Shown: positions 10,893 through 23,370, counted from the first letter of the stretch. The stretch is DNA of 64,000 nucleotides from Flavobacteriales bacterium (GCA_016712025.1 JADJRW010000012.1:95941-159940), one strand, 5' to 3'. Numbers and translations are program-made. Notes: a model not told the origin generated them from the letters alone.

Positions 10893-11388
10893 TCAAAGGC
10901 TCTTCACATGCTTGTCCAATTCCTGGTGCAAGGCCATCCCGCGCAGGTTCTTCGCTATGATGATGCCGTTCGGGTCGATCAGAAAGCTCATCGGTATACC
11001 CGATACACCGTAGAGACGGGATGCTTCGGAAGACCAGTACTTCAGGTCGCTCACGTGGTATTTCCAGGTGAGTTTATCCTGTTCGATCGCCTTCTTCCAC
11101 GAGTCGCGGCTCTTGTCCAAGCTCACGCTGAACACCTCAAAGCCTTTGCCCTCCTTGTACCCAAAAATCGATGAGCACGTACTTGCCGCGTAGCTCCGAA
11201 AGCTTGAGCACCTTGGTGCTGTCCGCGTTCATATAGGCCAGTTCCGGGGCTTGTTCGCCTATGTTGGTGCCGATCTTGACACCGTCGGCCGGTGCAGTGG
11301 TGCGTTCGGTGAAGCCATAGATAGCCAACACGGCTACAGCGGAGAGGATGACAATGCGCAGCTTGGTCATGGCGGTGCGGAAGTTCAT
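10893..11388 (-). pseudogene. TlpA/ResA-like thioredoxin-fold thiol:disulfide oxidoreductase, with its CXXC active-site segment deleted and the frame shifted
   Basis: N-part (11137..11388) ends GKYVLIDFW. C-part (10893..11135 frame) resumes YKEGKGFEVFSVSLD...SGIPMSFLIDPNGIIIAKNLRG. Only one extra base (11160) lies between W and Y, where the family has ASWCGPCR plus about 10 aa. Confidence 0.75.
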
Positions 11389-11524
11389 GGTGCGAAGGTA
11401 GGAAGGTGCCCTTAGGTAGGCGTCGCCCCTAAGCCAAGATCATGCCGGGAAAGGGGAAGCCAAGCCCAGGAGCAAGGGCAGGGGCAATTGCCTATTGCCT
11501 CTGACCCTAGCCCTAACCTAAGGA

Positions 11525-12832
11525 TCACTCCGATCGTTCGATCCGCGCGCCCAAGCCATTCAGCCGCGCGTCGATCCCCTGGTAACCGCGGTCGATCTGT
11601 TCGATATTGTCGATCGTGCTGGTGCCTTCGGCGCTGAGGGCCGCGATCAGGAGGGAAACACCCGCGCGGATGTCCGGGCTCGTCATGCGGATAGCGCGCA
11701 GTGGGTTCTGGAAGTCGTTGCCGATCACCAGGGCGCGGTGCGGATCGCAGAGCGTGATCTGGGCACCCATCTCAATCAACTTGTCCACGAAGAACAGGCG
11801 GCTCTCGAACATCTTCTGGTGGACCAACACGCTGCCTTTCGCTTGGATCGCGGTGACCAGCACGATGCTCAGCAGGTCGGGCGTGAAACCGGGCCAGGGC
11901 GCGTCGGCCACGGTCATGTTACTGCCGTCGATGAACTTGGTGATGGTGTAGTGCTCCTGGGCCGGGACGAAGATGTCGTCGCCGTTCCGGACCACCGCTA
12001 TGCCGAGCTTGCGGAACACTTCGGGGATCACGCCCAGGTGGTCGTAGCCGGTGTCTTTGATGGTGATCTCGCTGCGCGTCATGGCGGCCAGGCCGATGAA
12101 GCTGCCGATCTCGATCATATCCGGCAGCATGCGGTGCTCCGTGCCTCCGAGCTCATTCACCCCATCGATGTGCAACAGGTTGCTGCCTATCCCGGTGATC
12201 TTCGCACCCATGCGCACAAGCATGTCGCAGAGCTGCTGCACATAAGGTTCGCAGGCCGCGTTGAAGATGGTGGTGCGTCCCTCGGCCAACACAGCGGCCA
12301 TCACGATGTTGGCGGTGCCCGTCACGCTCGCCTCGTCCAGCAGCATGTAGGCACCTCTCAGTTTTTCAGCTTCGGCCTTGAAGAAGCCTTCTTTGCTATC
12401 GTACTTGATCTCGGCCCCCAGCTTCTCGAAGCCGATGAAGTGGGTATCCAGTCGGCGGCGCCCGATCTTATCGCCTCCGGGCGTGGGGATGTACCCCTTG
12501 CCGAAACGGGCGAGCGAAGGGCCCACCACCATCACACTTCCGCGCAGGCCACCGCCCAGTTTTTTGAACTCCGGCCGCAGAAAGAACTCGATGTCCACGC
12601 TCTTCGCAGTGAAGCGAAAAGAGCCTTCGCCCAGCTTGTCGACAAGCACGCCCATGTGGCGCAACAGGTCGATCAGCTTGTTCACATCCACAATATCCGG
12701 TACGTTGTGGATCGTGACCGGCTCGGCGGTGAGCAGCACCGCGCAGAGGATCTGCAAGGCTTCGTTCTTCGCGCCCTGCGGGGTCAAGCTACCCTTCAAT
12801 CGGCGTCCTCCCTCAATGCGGAAACTTCCCAT
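11525..12832 (-). CDS. murA: UDP-N-acetylglucosamine 1-carboxyvinyltransferase
   Basis: MGSFRIEGGRRLKGSLTPQGAKNEALQILCAVLL ... DRGYQGIDARLNGLGARIE. Start chosen at Met22 of ORF 11525..12895. Confidence 0.95.
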   Translation of the reverse strand: MGSFRIEGGRRLKGSLTPQGAKNEALQILCAVLLTAEPVTIHNVPDIVDVNKLIDLLRHMGVLVDKLGEGSFRFTAKSVDIEFFLRPEFKKLGGGLRGSVMVVGPSLARFGKGYIPTPGGDKIGRRRLDTHFIGFEKLGAEIKYDSKEGFFKAEAEKLRGAYMLLDEASVTGTANIVMAAVLAEGRTTIFNAACEPYVQQLCDMLVRMGAKITGIGSNLLHIDGVNELGGTEHRMLPDMIEIGSFIGLAAMTRSEITIKDTGYDHLGVIPEVFRKLGIAVVRNGDDIFVPAQEHYTITKFIDGSNMTVADAPWPGFTPDLLSIVLVTAIQAKGSVLVHQKMFESRLFFVDKLIEMGAQITLCDPHRALVIGNDFQNPLRAIRMTSPDIRAGVSLLIAALSAEGTSTIDNIEQIDRGYQGIDARLNGLGARIERSE

Positions 12833-13006
12833 GCGTGCGTTGCTCCGGCGGTTGTGCGCGAAGTCATTGCCAAAGCAAGTATGTGCGAACGCCACTGCGT
12901 TCCGCAGCGCTTACGCAGTACTAACAAACGCTTGTGATGGAGCGCGGCCCGCGGGGAGGAGCGGTGATATGCGTCTGCCCCTGCCTCCGCCCACTGCCTT
13001 GGCGGC

Positions 13007-13705
13007 TTAGTAACGCTTCTTGTTCCGGTTGCGATGGCGCTTCTTACCACCGCCACCACCGCCTCCGCCTTGGTTGCCATAGCGCTGCTTGCGCATATCC
13101 ACTTCGTTGCGTGGGCCGTTCTGTTGGGCCCGCAAGAGGTCAGCAGTGGAGGCGAGTTGGGCTTCTTCCTTCAGTTTCAGCTTTCCCTTGCTCATCTCGG
13201 CAAGGTCTTTCAGGATCACGCCGTCCGGCACGGTGTCGCGGTTCCAGGTAAGGAACTGCTTCTTCATCAGGTTGGCGATCACATGTGTGTAGGCATCGCG
13301 TTCCGGACTTTCCGCCAAGGCGGCGCATTGCGCGATCATGCGTTCCACCAACTTGCCATAGTGGCCATAGCGGATCTCCTGCTTGGGGTAGGGAACCCGT
13401 TCCGGCTTGGTATCCAGTTCTTCGGCCGTGGGCTTGGGAAAGGGTCCGTCCACATCGAGCTTGAACTCGCTCATGATGTATAAGTGGTCCCACAGCGCTC
13501 GATCCGCGTTCTCACTGCCGCGCAATTGTGGATTGAGCCGACCGATCACCAAAATGATGGCCTTGGCCAAGCGGGTGCGCTCGGCGCGATCCTCCACGCC
13601 CATGCAATGCTCCACCATGCGCTGCACATGGCGCCCGTATTCAGGAATGATGAGCCGGGGGCGCTGGGTATTGTAATCGTATGCGACGGACGCAGCAGTG
13701 CTCAT
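13007..13705 (-). CDS. DUF4290-family protein (conserved Bacteroidota partner upstream of murA) with a Gly/Lys/Arg-rich tail
   Basis: LIIPEYGRHVQRMVEHC, RLNPQLR, WDHLYIMSEFKLDVD. Tail NQGGGGGGGGKKRHRNRNKKRY. Confidence 0.7.
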   Translation of the reverse strand: MSTAASVAYDYNTQRPRLIIPEYGRHVQRMVEHCMGVEDRAERTRLAKAIILVIGRLNPQLRGSENADRALWDHLYIMSEFKLDVDGPFPKPTAEELDTKPERVPYPKQEIRYGHYGKLVERMIAQCAALAESPERDAYTHVIANLMKKQFLTWNRDTVPDGVILKDLAEMSKGKLKLKEEAQLASTADLLRAQQNGPRNEVDMRKQRYGNQGGGGGGGGKKRHRNRNKKRY

Positions 13706-13777
13706 GGCAGCCTAGGGGTCGGAAAAAAAATGAAGAGAAGGCGGGCCGGACCGGGATATGTCACCCGCAGGGTCGGT

Positions 13778-13785
13778 CAAATGTA
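13778..13785 (-). promoter_or_regulatory. TAnnTTTG -7 box (TACATTTG) upstream of DUF4290-murA
   Basis: + strand caaatgta, 73 nt upstream of ATG 13705. Same octamer as upstream of rpsL. Confidence 0.4.
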
Positions 13786-13915
13786 GGTAAGCCGCAGCAA
13801 GTGGGGACCTTACCGGATCGGAGGCAATTCCGCGTGGACCGATCCAGTGAACCATTCTCCCCCGTATGTGTTTAGCTTCGGTACGCCGTTCGAGCGGACC
13901 AAAGCCGGAAAGCCC

Positions 13916-14612
13916 ATGAAAACCCTCCTACACACCCTTACCATCGCACTCCTATTTGTTGGCACGACGACCACGGCCCAAGAGGTTTCCAAAGTGTTCG
14001 GCTTCAGCAAGCCGTTCCCCAACACCTTGGAGAAGGGCGACTGTGGATCGAACATGGGCCTGGCCCCAGGAATGCGGGTAACTATGCCTGTGGGCGATCG
14101 TTTCGGGGTCGGCTTCGGGCTCGCCCACGAATGGCGTTCGGTGCTCACCGAGCAAGAGACGGAAAGCGGCAATGTTCCTCTGAGCGAGGTGAAGGGGCCG
14201 TGCCTTTCTGCTGCAGGCAACGGGCCAGTACCGGATCTTCACTTGTGCAAGCAAGTGCCAGAGCAGCTTGGGCGTGATGGCCGGTGTTGATGTCACCCTG
14301 CCTTACCGTACCAACGCACAGCAGTATGCTTCGGATGGCTCCGAACTGGTAGCGGACACGGACCGTGATCGCATGAAAGCGGGCCTGGCATTGCGCGCGG
14401 GTCTGCGTTATTCGCTTCCACTGTGCGAATACATGGGCTTTTTCATGGAGCCGCAAGTGATCTACAAAGCTGTGCTCGACCGCACCGATGAAGCCGCACA
14501 ATTCGGCCGGAGCGAACGCACCGGTGATAGGTTCGCCATGGGCATGCAGGGGGGCATCTACATGAAGCTGATGTGCCCAGGCAAGTGCCCGATGAAGGCT
14601 TCGGCCGAGTAA
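13916..14612 (+). CDS. Exported beta-strand-rich protein (probable small outer-membrane barrel), one apparent frameshift
   Basis: Signal peptide MKTLLHTLTIALLFVGTTTTAQE. The frame switches at G4 run 14194-14197 (VKG|RAFLLQATGQYRIF) and continues through ORF 14268..14612. Confidence 0.5.
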
Positions 14613-14633
14613 CGGAGCATAGCTTCGGCGGCG

Positions 14634-14966
14634 ATGCCCGTCCGATTGGCCTTAATACTTTCTCTACTTATCCTGTCCTCCTGCACCAAGGTGCCGGATG
14701 AACTCCCGGGATGGGTGCAGGACCGCATCCGGTTCTGCAGAAGCCCCGGCAAGGATTGTGATCGGCTCGAGATCTTGGAGTACGGGTTCCACGCAGAACG
14801 GTACTACTACTTCGCGCCGCGCGATCTGCAAGGTGAGGACGAGCTCTTCACCGCGAACTACGAGTTGCTCTGCAAGGGCACGGACCTCTTCATCGATGAG
14901 CCACCCTGCTCGGACATCGTGCTGGACAGCTTGAAGATCCTGCGGTTGGTGTATTCGGAGCGCTAG
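14634..14966 (+). CDS. Small lipoprotein, function unknown
   Basis: Lipobox MPVRLALILSLLILSSC; 110 aa. Confidence 0.55.
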   Translation: MPVRLALILSLLILSSCTKVPDELPGWVQDRIRFCRSPGKDCDRLEILEYGFHAERYYYFAPRDLQGEDELFTANYELLCKGTDLFIDEPPCSDIVLDSLKILRLVYSER

Positions 14967-14967
14967 C

Positions 14968-17397
14968 TCAACCCTCCACCACCGTCAACTTCGCGAAACG
15001 CAACAGCAATTGCTTCTGCCCTGCGGACGGGAAGAACACGGTGGCCTTGAGGTCCGGCGCACGCCCTTCGATCTTGATCACCTTGCCTTTTCCGAAGCGT
15101 TCGTGTTCCACCGTCATGCCTTCGGCCAGATCCGGCGTTTCGCCGCCCAGGCTGCTGGTCGCTTCCAGGGGCGCCCCACTTCCGGTGATCCGTTTCAGGT
15201 TCTTCGGCGTGGCAGCGGGAGCGGCGCGCGGACCCGGCGGCGCATCCATGTTCCGCCGTGCGTGAGTAACCTGTTTCCCGGGTACGGCTTTTCCGATCCC
15301 GGGCGCCTTCGTCTCTCTTCCATACACAGGCTTGGAGGAACGTTCGTCGTCGAATAAGTTCTGACCGGGGTTCGCCCAGGGTGGCGTGCGCGTGGTGCGG
15401 TCACGCGTACCGGGTTGTGTCCAGAGGCGATCGTTCTCCGAAGGCATCTCCAGATACTGTGGATCGATCTCGTCGATGAAACGGCTCGGTTCCGCAGCGG
15501 TGAGATTGCCCCACTTGTAGCGGCTCATCGCATAGCTCAGCGTGGCGCGTTTCTCAGCGCGTGTTAGTGCCACATAGAACAGACGACGTTCTTCTTCCAG
15601 ATCCGCGCGGCTGTTCACCGCCATCTGGTTGGGGAAGAGATCCTCCTCCAAACCCACGATGTGTACATAGGGGAACTCGAGCCCTTTCGCTGCGTGAACG
15701 GTCATTAGGCTCACGCGATCATTGTCGGCCGGATCGTCGTTGTCCGCGTCGGTGAGCAGTGCGACATCGATCAGGAAGTCGGGCAGGGTGCGCGGGGCGT
15801 CTGTGCCTTCGCCCGCATCGCTGAATTCCTTGATCCCGTTCAGCAGTTCCTGGATGTTCTCGTGGCGGCTCACACCCTCTGGGGTGCCGTCGGTGAGCAA
15901 CTCCTTCAACAGGCCGCTCGTGCGCGCTATGTGTTCGGCGAGCGCATAGGCACTGTGGGTCTGCAACATGGTGCGGTAGCTCTCGACCGAGAGCACGAAA
16001 TCCGCCACGCTTTTGCGCGTGCCGGCGTGGAAGCCAAGGTCGGCGAGGTGTTCGTGCAGCAACTGCCAGATCGAGGTCTTCGCTTCCGCAGCGGCCACCA
16101 TCATCTTCTCCACGGTGGTCTGCCCGATCCCACGCGCGGGGTAGTTGATGATCCGCTTCAGCGCTTCTTCGTCCTGCGGATTGCAAGTGAGGCGGAAATA
16201 GGCGAGCAGGTCCTTGATCTCCTTGCGCTGGTAGAAGCTGAGGCCGCCGTAGATCCGATAGGGGATGTTCAACTTGCGCAGCGCTTCCTCCATGCTGCGG
16301 CTTTGCGCGTTGGTGCGGTACAGAATGGCGAAGCCCTTGTTGGGCACCTGCCTGTGCATCTTGGTCTCGAAGATGCTGTGCGCGGTGAATGCGCCTTCCT
16401 CGTTGTCGCTCAACGCGCGGTGTACGCGGATGCGTTCGCCCTCATCGTTCTGCGTCCAGATCGTTTTCTTGATCTGGTCCTTGTTCTTGTCGATCAGGCT
16501 GTTCGCGGCGCCCACGATGTTCTTCGTGCTGCGGTAGTTCTGCTCCAGCTTGAAGAGGGCGTGATCCTCGTAGTCGCGCCGGAAATTGAGGATGTTCTGG
16601 ATGTTCGCTCCGCGGAAGGCGTAGATGCTCTGGCTGTCGTCGCCCACCACGGTGATGTTCTCATGCCGTGCCGCGAGCGTGCGGATGATGTTGTACTGCA
16701 CCAAGTTGGTGTCCTGGTACTCGTCCACCAGAATGTACTGAAAGCGCTGCTGGTACTTCAGCATCGTTTCGGGATGATCGCGGAAGAGGAGGTTGGTGTT
16801 GAAGAGCAGGTCATCGAAATCCATGGCGCTGGCGCGGAAGCAGCGCTCGGCGTACTGCTGGTAGATGGCGCCGATATGTTCGCGTCCGCTGCTGGCATCG
16901 CTGGCCATCACTTCCGCATCGCGCTGGTATTCGAGCGGACCGATCAGGTTGTTCTTGGCGATGCTGATGCGGCCATGCACCTGGTTCGGCTTGTAGATCT
17001 TGTCATCGAGCCCACGCTCCTTCAGGATGGCTTTGATCAGGCTGCGGCTGTCGTCGGTATCATAAATGGTGAAGTCTTTCTGGTAACCCAGTTTGTCGGC
17101 CTCGGAACGAAGCACGCGTGCGAACACACTGTGGAAGGTGCCCATCCACAAACCGGCCGCTTCGCTCCTTCCCACAATGGCGGCGATGCGCTCCTTCATT
17201 TCGCGCGCGGCCTTGTTGGTGAAGGTGAGCGCGAGGATGCGGAAGGGGTCCACACCCTTCACGGCCATGAGCTGCGCGATGCGCACGGTGAGCACCCGCG
17301 TCTTGCCCGAGCCCGCACCGGCGATCACCATGTTGGGGCCGTCGGTATGCGTGGCAGCGGCGAGTTGCGCCTCGTTCAGGCCTTCGAGATGATGCAT
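14968..17397 (-). CDS. ATP-dependent DNA helicase, PcrA/UvrD/Rep family
   Basis: LNEAQLAAATHTDGPNMVIAGAGSGKTRVLT, ILVDEYQDTN, VGDDSQSIYAFRGA, MTVHAAKGLEFPYVHIVG, C-terminal ERFGKGKVIKIEG domain. Start at Met11 of ORF 14968..17427. Confidence 0.93.
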   Translation of the reverse strand: MHHLEGLNEAQLAAATHTDGPNMVIAGAGSGKTRVLTVRIAQLMAVKGVDPFRILALTFTNKAAREMKERIAAIVGRSEAAGLWMGTFHSVFARVLRSEADKLGYQKDFTIYDTDDSRSLIKAILKERGLDDKIYKPNQVHGRISIAKNNLIGPLEYQRDAEVMASDASSGREHIGAIYQQYAERCFRASAMDFDDLLFNTNLLFRDHPETMLKYQQRFQYILVDEYQDTNLVQYNIIRTLAARHENITVVGDDSQSIYAFRGANIQNILNFRRDYEDHALFKLEQNYRSTKNIVGAANSLIDKNKDQIKKTIWTQNDEGERIRVHRALSDNEEGAFTAHSIFETKMHRQVPNKGFAILYRTNAQSRSMEEALRKLNIPYRIYGGLSFYQRKEIKDLLAYFRLTCNPQDEEALKRIINYPARGIGQTTVEKMMVAAAEAKTSIWQLLHEHLADLGFHAGTRKSVADFVLSVESYRTMLQTHSAYALAEHIARTSGLLKELLTDGTPEGVSRHENIQELLNGIKEFSDAGEGTDAPRTLPDFLIDVALLTDADNDDPADNDRVSLMTVHAAKGLEFPYVHIVGLEEDLFPNQMAVNSRADLEEERRLFYVALTRAEKRATLSYAMSRYKWGNLTAAEPSRFIDEIDPQYLEMPSENDRLWTQPGTRDRTTRTPPWANPGQNLFDDERSSKPVYGRETKAPGIGKAVPGKQVTHARRNMDAPPGPRAAPAATPKNLKRITGSGAPLEATSSLGGETPDLAEGMTVEHERFGKGKVIKIEGRAPDLKATVFFPSAGQKQLLLRFAKLTVVEG

Positions 17398-17460
17398 GCG
17401 ATGATCGGTGGTGCGCCTACCGCGCACATGGATGCCAAAGGTAGCGGCGTGATGAACGGC

Positions 17461-18273
17461 TCAACGTGTGACCAGGAACTGCAAGCTCAATGCGTAGACC
17501 GTGGAGTTCATCAAGGCGCGCACATCCACGCCGTGCAGCCACATGAAGCCGGTGCCGTATTGCACTTGCGCGCTAAGGTCCGTGCGTTTGCCCAGCCGCA
17601 CGCCGAGTTGCGCGCTGAGGTAACCACGCAGGTAGGTGCAAGCGCGGCCTTGCAGCGTGCGATCCACGAGTGTGCGCTCGCGGGTATAGTTCCCCGCTTC
17701 ATCCGTCGCGATGCCTTGCACGTTCAGTGTTCCACCGCTGGCATGTCCCAATTCCGCGATGAGGCCGCCGCGCAGAAAGGCGCGCTTGCCCAGGAAGAGG
17801 CTCCAGTAGGGTCCGCCGCCCACCGCGATCTCCGTTTGCGACATGGTGTAGAGGTACTGTATGGTACGCGCCGTGTCGCCGAGCAAACTGTCGGTTTGGA
17901 GGTAGAGATAGAAGATGCGCGGGTGCAGGTTCAAATGCAAAGTCCACCCGTTCTCGCCGCTGTGGCCGTCGATGGTGCGGGCAAGCGCGAAGCGCGGACC
18001 GATGCAGAAGCCAATGGCAGTGGCGCTGTAGTTGAAGTAGTAGTCCGATGGTTTGCCGGGTAGGAGCGGAAGCTGGGTCTTCGCGTACTCCTGGAACGTT
18101 GCAACGCCTTGTGCGCCGTGGTTCTCCAAGCTCACGCCGAGAATACCGCCAACAGCGCGCAGCTTCAACTTACCCTTCACCGGGTCGCGGAAGATGGAGG
18201 TGTCGATCTGCGCCGGCAGGATGTGCACCAGCAAAGAAAGGAAGATCAGGAGGGCACGGCGCAACATCGGCAC
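17461..18273 (-). CDS. Exported protein, probable outer-membrane beta-barrel, function unknown
   Basis: Signal peptide MPMLRRALLIFLSLLVHILPAQ; alternating strand-like pattern through to the C-terminus. Confidence 0.5.
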   Translation of the reverse strand: MPMLRRALLIFLSLLVHILPAQIDTSIFRDPVKGKLKLRAVGGILGVSLENHGAQGVATFQEYAKTQLPLLPGKPSDYYFNYSATAIGFCIGPRFALARTIDGHSGENGWTLHLNLHPRIFYLYLQTDSLLGDTARTIQYLYTMSQTEIAVGGGPYWSLFLGKRAFLRGGLIAELGHASGGTLNVQGIATDEAGNYTRERTLVDRTLQGRACTYLRGYLSAQLGVRLGKRTDLSAQVQYGTGFMWLHGVDVRALMNSTVYALSLQFLVTR

Positions 18274-18304
18274 CCGCGTTCGCGGTGATCCGAAGGTAGC
18301 GGGG

Positions 18305-20753
<2,449 letters not shown>

Positions 20754-20832
20754 ATCGGGGGCTAAAGATACCGGGCCGGGGATATGGACGGTGAACGGGT
20801 TGTTCACAGTCTGCTAATGGATGAACTTCAGA

Positions 20833-23025
20833 TCAAGGCAGGCCCTCTGCGCGTGTCGCGGTGGGAGCGCTACCTCCGATGCAGATCAAGATCACATCGC
20901 GATCGTTGCGAATACCGGCGTACTTAACAACTCCGTCCAAATTCACATCGGCTTGCACATACCCGGTCGTAGTGGCGGTGGGTGGCGAACCGCCGATGGC
21001 GACCAGGATCGGGTCGCGGTCGTTGAACGCGCCCACATAGCGCAGCAGGCCATCGATCGAGACGTTCCCGGCCCAGAGTGTGCGCACGGTCCCCACGGTG
21101 CGCCGCGGGGTCGCTCCATAACAAGTCGTGGCCGCCGCGCGGAAGTTCACCGCGATCGCTGCAGTTGAAAGGCTGAGGGGCGCAGCGGTCATGACGCCCA
21201 AGTGATTGCGATGCCGAACCGCGATATACGCCGAGATGGCGGGCGCGAGCGTGATGGGCAACGCACTTCCGTTCAAGCCGACCACCTGTCCATCGCGACG
21301 CACGAGGGCGGGAAAGCGTTGCAGCACATTGATGGGATCGCTCGATGCGCGCAGTTCGATCAGCACCCAATCCACAATGGCGGAGGGCCCGCTGGTGGCG
21401 AGAACACTGGTGGCGATCGTGGCGCCAGTGCCGGTGGTCAACGAAAAGCCGAGTGCCGAATAAGGCTCGGTCAATGGCACCAGGCCAGCGATGCGGAGTT
21501 GATCACGCATCAGCCCGGTGATCGGGTCGAAGGGCCCGTCAAGCATCAGTTCAACATCCAGGGTCAGCGTGTGTGGCTCCACAGTGATGGGGATCGTGCC
21601 GCAAGAAGCGGTATCCGTTGCATTGATCACGAGGAGTTCGGCCGAATAGTTCCCAGGACCCTGGTACAGGTGCGAGGTATTAGCGGCGGTGTCCGCTGGT
21701 GTACCGTCACCGAATTCCCATACATAGGTCAGCGTGCCTCCCAAGGGATCGTTCGCATCACCACTGAACGAGACACTGAGCGCAGGGCCGATACCGCTGG
21801 TCAGATCAGCGGAGAATGAAAGGCATTCCGGCCGGGTGCCTGTAGGTTCGTAGGTGACGCGATGCAGGCCGCCCTCGAACGTGATCAGGTCGTCGTAGTA
21901 GGAGAGGTAGTACAACGCATCACCCGGACCTTGGAGCAATTGTGTGCAGAAGTTGGACTGAACTCCGCCCAGCGCCGTGGTGTCAAGGAACGGGCCTTGT
22001 GATGCGACCGTGGTGCCTTGTGCGTCGAAGGTCAGCCACTTCATCCACCCGCGGATGAACTCGCCCACGAAGAAACGGCCGTCCCACGCGGCTGGGAATG
22101 AAGATCCGCGGTAGGTGAATCCGGCAGTAATGGCTGCACCAGTGCCTTGGTGGTGGTAACTGAACACAGGATCAGTGAATTGTGGATCATCGCAAGAGCC
22201 ATCCGGCATGCGCCCGAGCTCGCCGCAAAGCGGCCAGCCATAATTGGCAGCGGGCGCGGCCAAAACGATATCCTCCCAAGCCAATTGGTGATTGTTGGCA
22301 CCCACTACACCGATGTAGAAGCGGCCCGTAACGGGGTCATAATCACCACGATAGGGGTTGCGGAAGCCGCTCGCATAAACGGTCTTCAACACACCATTGG
22401 CGTTGTACAGCCCCGGGGTGGCATCGTAGTAGGGATTGTCTGTCGGGGCGGTGCCATCGGGCAAGAAGCGGTGCAACTTGCCGAAGGGGCTGCTCAGGTC
22501 TTGGGCGTTGGCGGGCGTGTAGTCATCACCCACGGCGAGGAAGATGGTGCCATCGGGCAGGAAAGCGAGCGCACCTCCGGTATGGCAGCAGTCGGTGTAC
22601 GGGACCGTCGTTTCCCAGACCACGACCTCGCTGCTCATCTGCGCGGAATCGCCCAAGTGGGTGAAGCGGGAGAGGCGGTCGTGCATGCCGAAGGTGGAAT
22701 AGTAGAACCAGACCTGCTGGTTGTTGGCGAAATCAGGATCGATCCATACACCGATAAGGCCATGTTCGGCGGTGTTGTCCGCCGGTATCTCCATGTAGGT
22801 GGTGCTGGTGACCGGTGGCTGATCGATGGGAGAGGTGATGAGCACCTCACCGATCTTCCTGCAGATCAGCGCGCGGCCATCCGGGAGGAACGCCATAGAG
22901 GTCGGCGAATCGATACCGCCTATGATCTGCGTGTGGACGAAATCCTGCGGCTGGGCGCAGACCAACGCGACCTCGGAAACAAGCCAAAGGGAAGCGATGC
23001 AAAGACGAAGGAACGGGAGCGGCAT
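20833..23025 (-). CDS. Exported multidomain protein: PQQ-dependent sugar dehydrogenase-like beta-propeller, PKD domain, then a C-terminal module ending in two Ca-binding-like NDRD repeats
   Basis: Signal peptide MPLPFLRLCIASLWLVSEVALVCAQ (start 23025, not the 23493 ORF start). HTGGALAFLPDGTIFLAVGDD, ASGFRNPYRGDYDP; PKD YVWEFGDGTPADTAANTSHLYQGPGNY. Tail has GAFNDRDPILVAIGGSPPTAT and DVNLDGVVKYAGIRNDRDVILICIGGSAPTAT. Confidence 0.7.
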   Translation of the reverse strand: MPLPFLRLCIASLWLVSEVALVCAQPQDFVHTQIIGGIDSPTSMAFLPDGRALICRKIGEVLITSPIDQPPVTSTTYMEIPADNTAEHGLIGVWIDPDFANNQQVWFYYSTFGMHDRLSRFTHLGDSAQMSSEVVVWETTVPYTDCCHTGGALAFLPDGTIFLAVGDDYTPANAQDLSSPFGKLHRFLPDGTAPTDNPYYDATPGLYNANGVLKTVYASGFRNPYRGDYDPVTGRFYIGVVGANNHQLAWEDIVLAAPAANYGWPLCGELGRMPDGSCDDPQFTDPVFSYHHQGTGAAITAGFTYRGSSFPAAWDGRFFVGEFIRGWMKWLTFDAQGTTVASQGPFLDTTALGGVQSNFCTQLLQGPGDALYYLSYYDDLITFEGGLHRVTYEPTGTRPECLSFSADLTSGIGPALSVSFSGDANDPLGGTLTYVWEFGDGTPADTAANTSHLYQGPGNYSAELLVINATDTASCGTIPITVEPHTLTLDVELMLDGPFDPITGLMRDQLRIAGLVPLTEPYSALGFSLTTGTGATIATSVLATSGPSAIVDWVLIELRASSDPINVLQRFPALVRRDGQVVGLNGSALPITLAPAISAYIAVRHRNHLGVMTAAPLSLSTAAIAVNFRAAATTCYGATPRRTVGTVRTLWAGNVSIDGLLRYVGAFNDRDPILVAIGGSPPTATTTGYVQADVNLDGVVKYAGIRNDRDVILICIGGSAPTATRAEGLP

Positions 23026-23075
23026 GGATGCTACGCGCAGGTTGACGGATCGCCCGAACGGGCGGAGGGAGGGGG

Positions 23076-23083
23076 CAAAAATA
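23076..23083 (-). promoter_or_regulatory. TAnnTTTG -7 box (TATTTTTG) for the beta-propeller gene
   Basis: + strand caaaaata, 50 nt upstream of ATG 23025. Confidence 0.4.
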
Positions 23084-23348
23084 GACAGTCCGCGAGGGAG
23101 GGCCGTGCACAGTGGACAATTCGACCGGGATAGTGGAAAAGAGGCATAGCGTACTACCCTTTCGCGATACGAAGTCATCCAAAGATGCGCCGCTATTTCT
23201 TCACAGGACGATTCGAGGAGGTCGTTGCGTGGTGTACGAGATCCTAGGAGAAGCAATGTGGAGAAAGCGCCTCGTCCCGACTCATCGGGGAGCGAACAGC
23301 TCAGATGAATTCGTACCGCGAATTGGTATTGCCCGGGCCAGAAATAGG

Positions 23349-23370
23349 AACGGCGCCTTTGGGCGCCGTT
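23349..23370 (-). terminator. Hairpin terminator at the end of the ribosomal super-operon (after rplQ)
   Basis: aacggcgcc-tttg-ggcgccgtt, ~25 nt after the rplQ stop. Confidence 0.5.

Noticed and set aside
11477-11509. GC-rich imperfect palindrome (gggcaggggcaat-tgcct-attgcctctgaccc) after murA, considered as a terminator or protein-binding site
   Set aside because: The stem needs a bulge and a G:U pair (a mismatch on the transcribed strand) and has no U-rich tail. That is too weak to annotate, though it may still act as a terminator in this lineage.
15862-18063. 733-aa + strand ORF, the longest non-adhesin ORF in the window without an assignment
   Set aside because: It is antisense to the well-conserved PcrA/UvrD helicase and the following exported-protein gene. 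Its sequence is Ala/Gly/Arg/Val-rich with no motifs. Long stop-free antisense frames are expected in GC-rich coding DNA.
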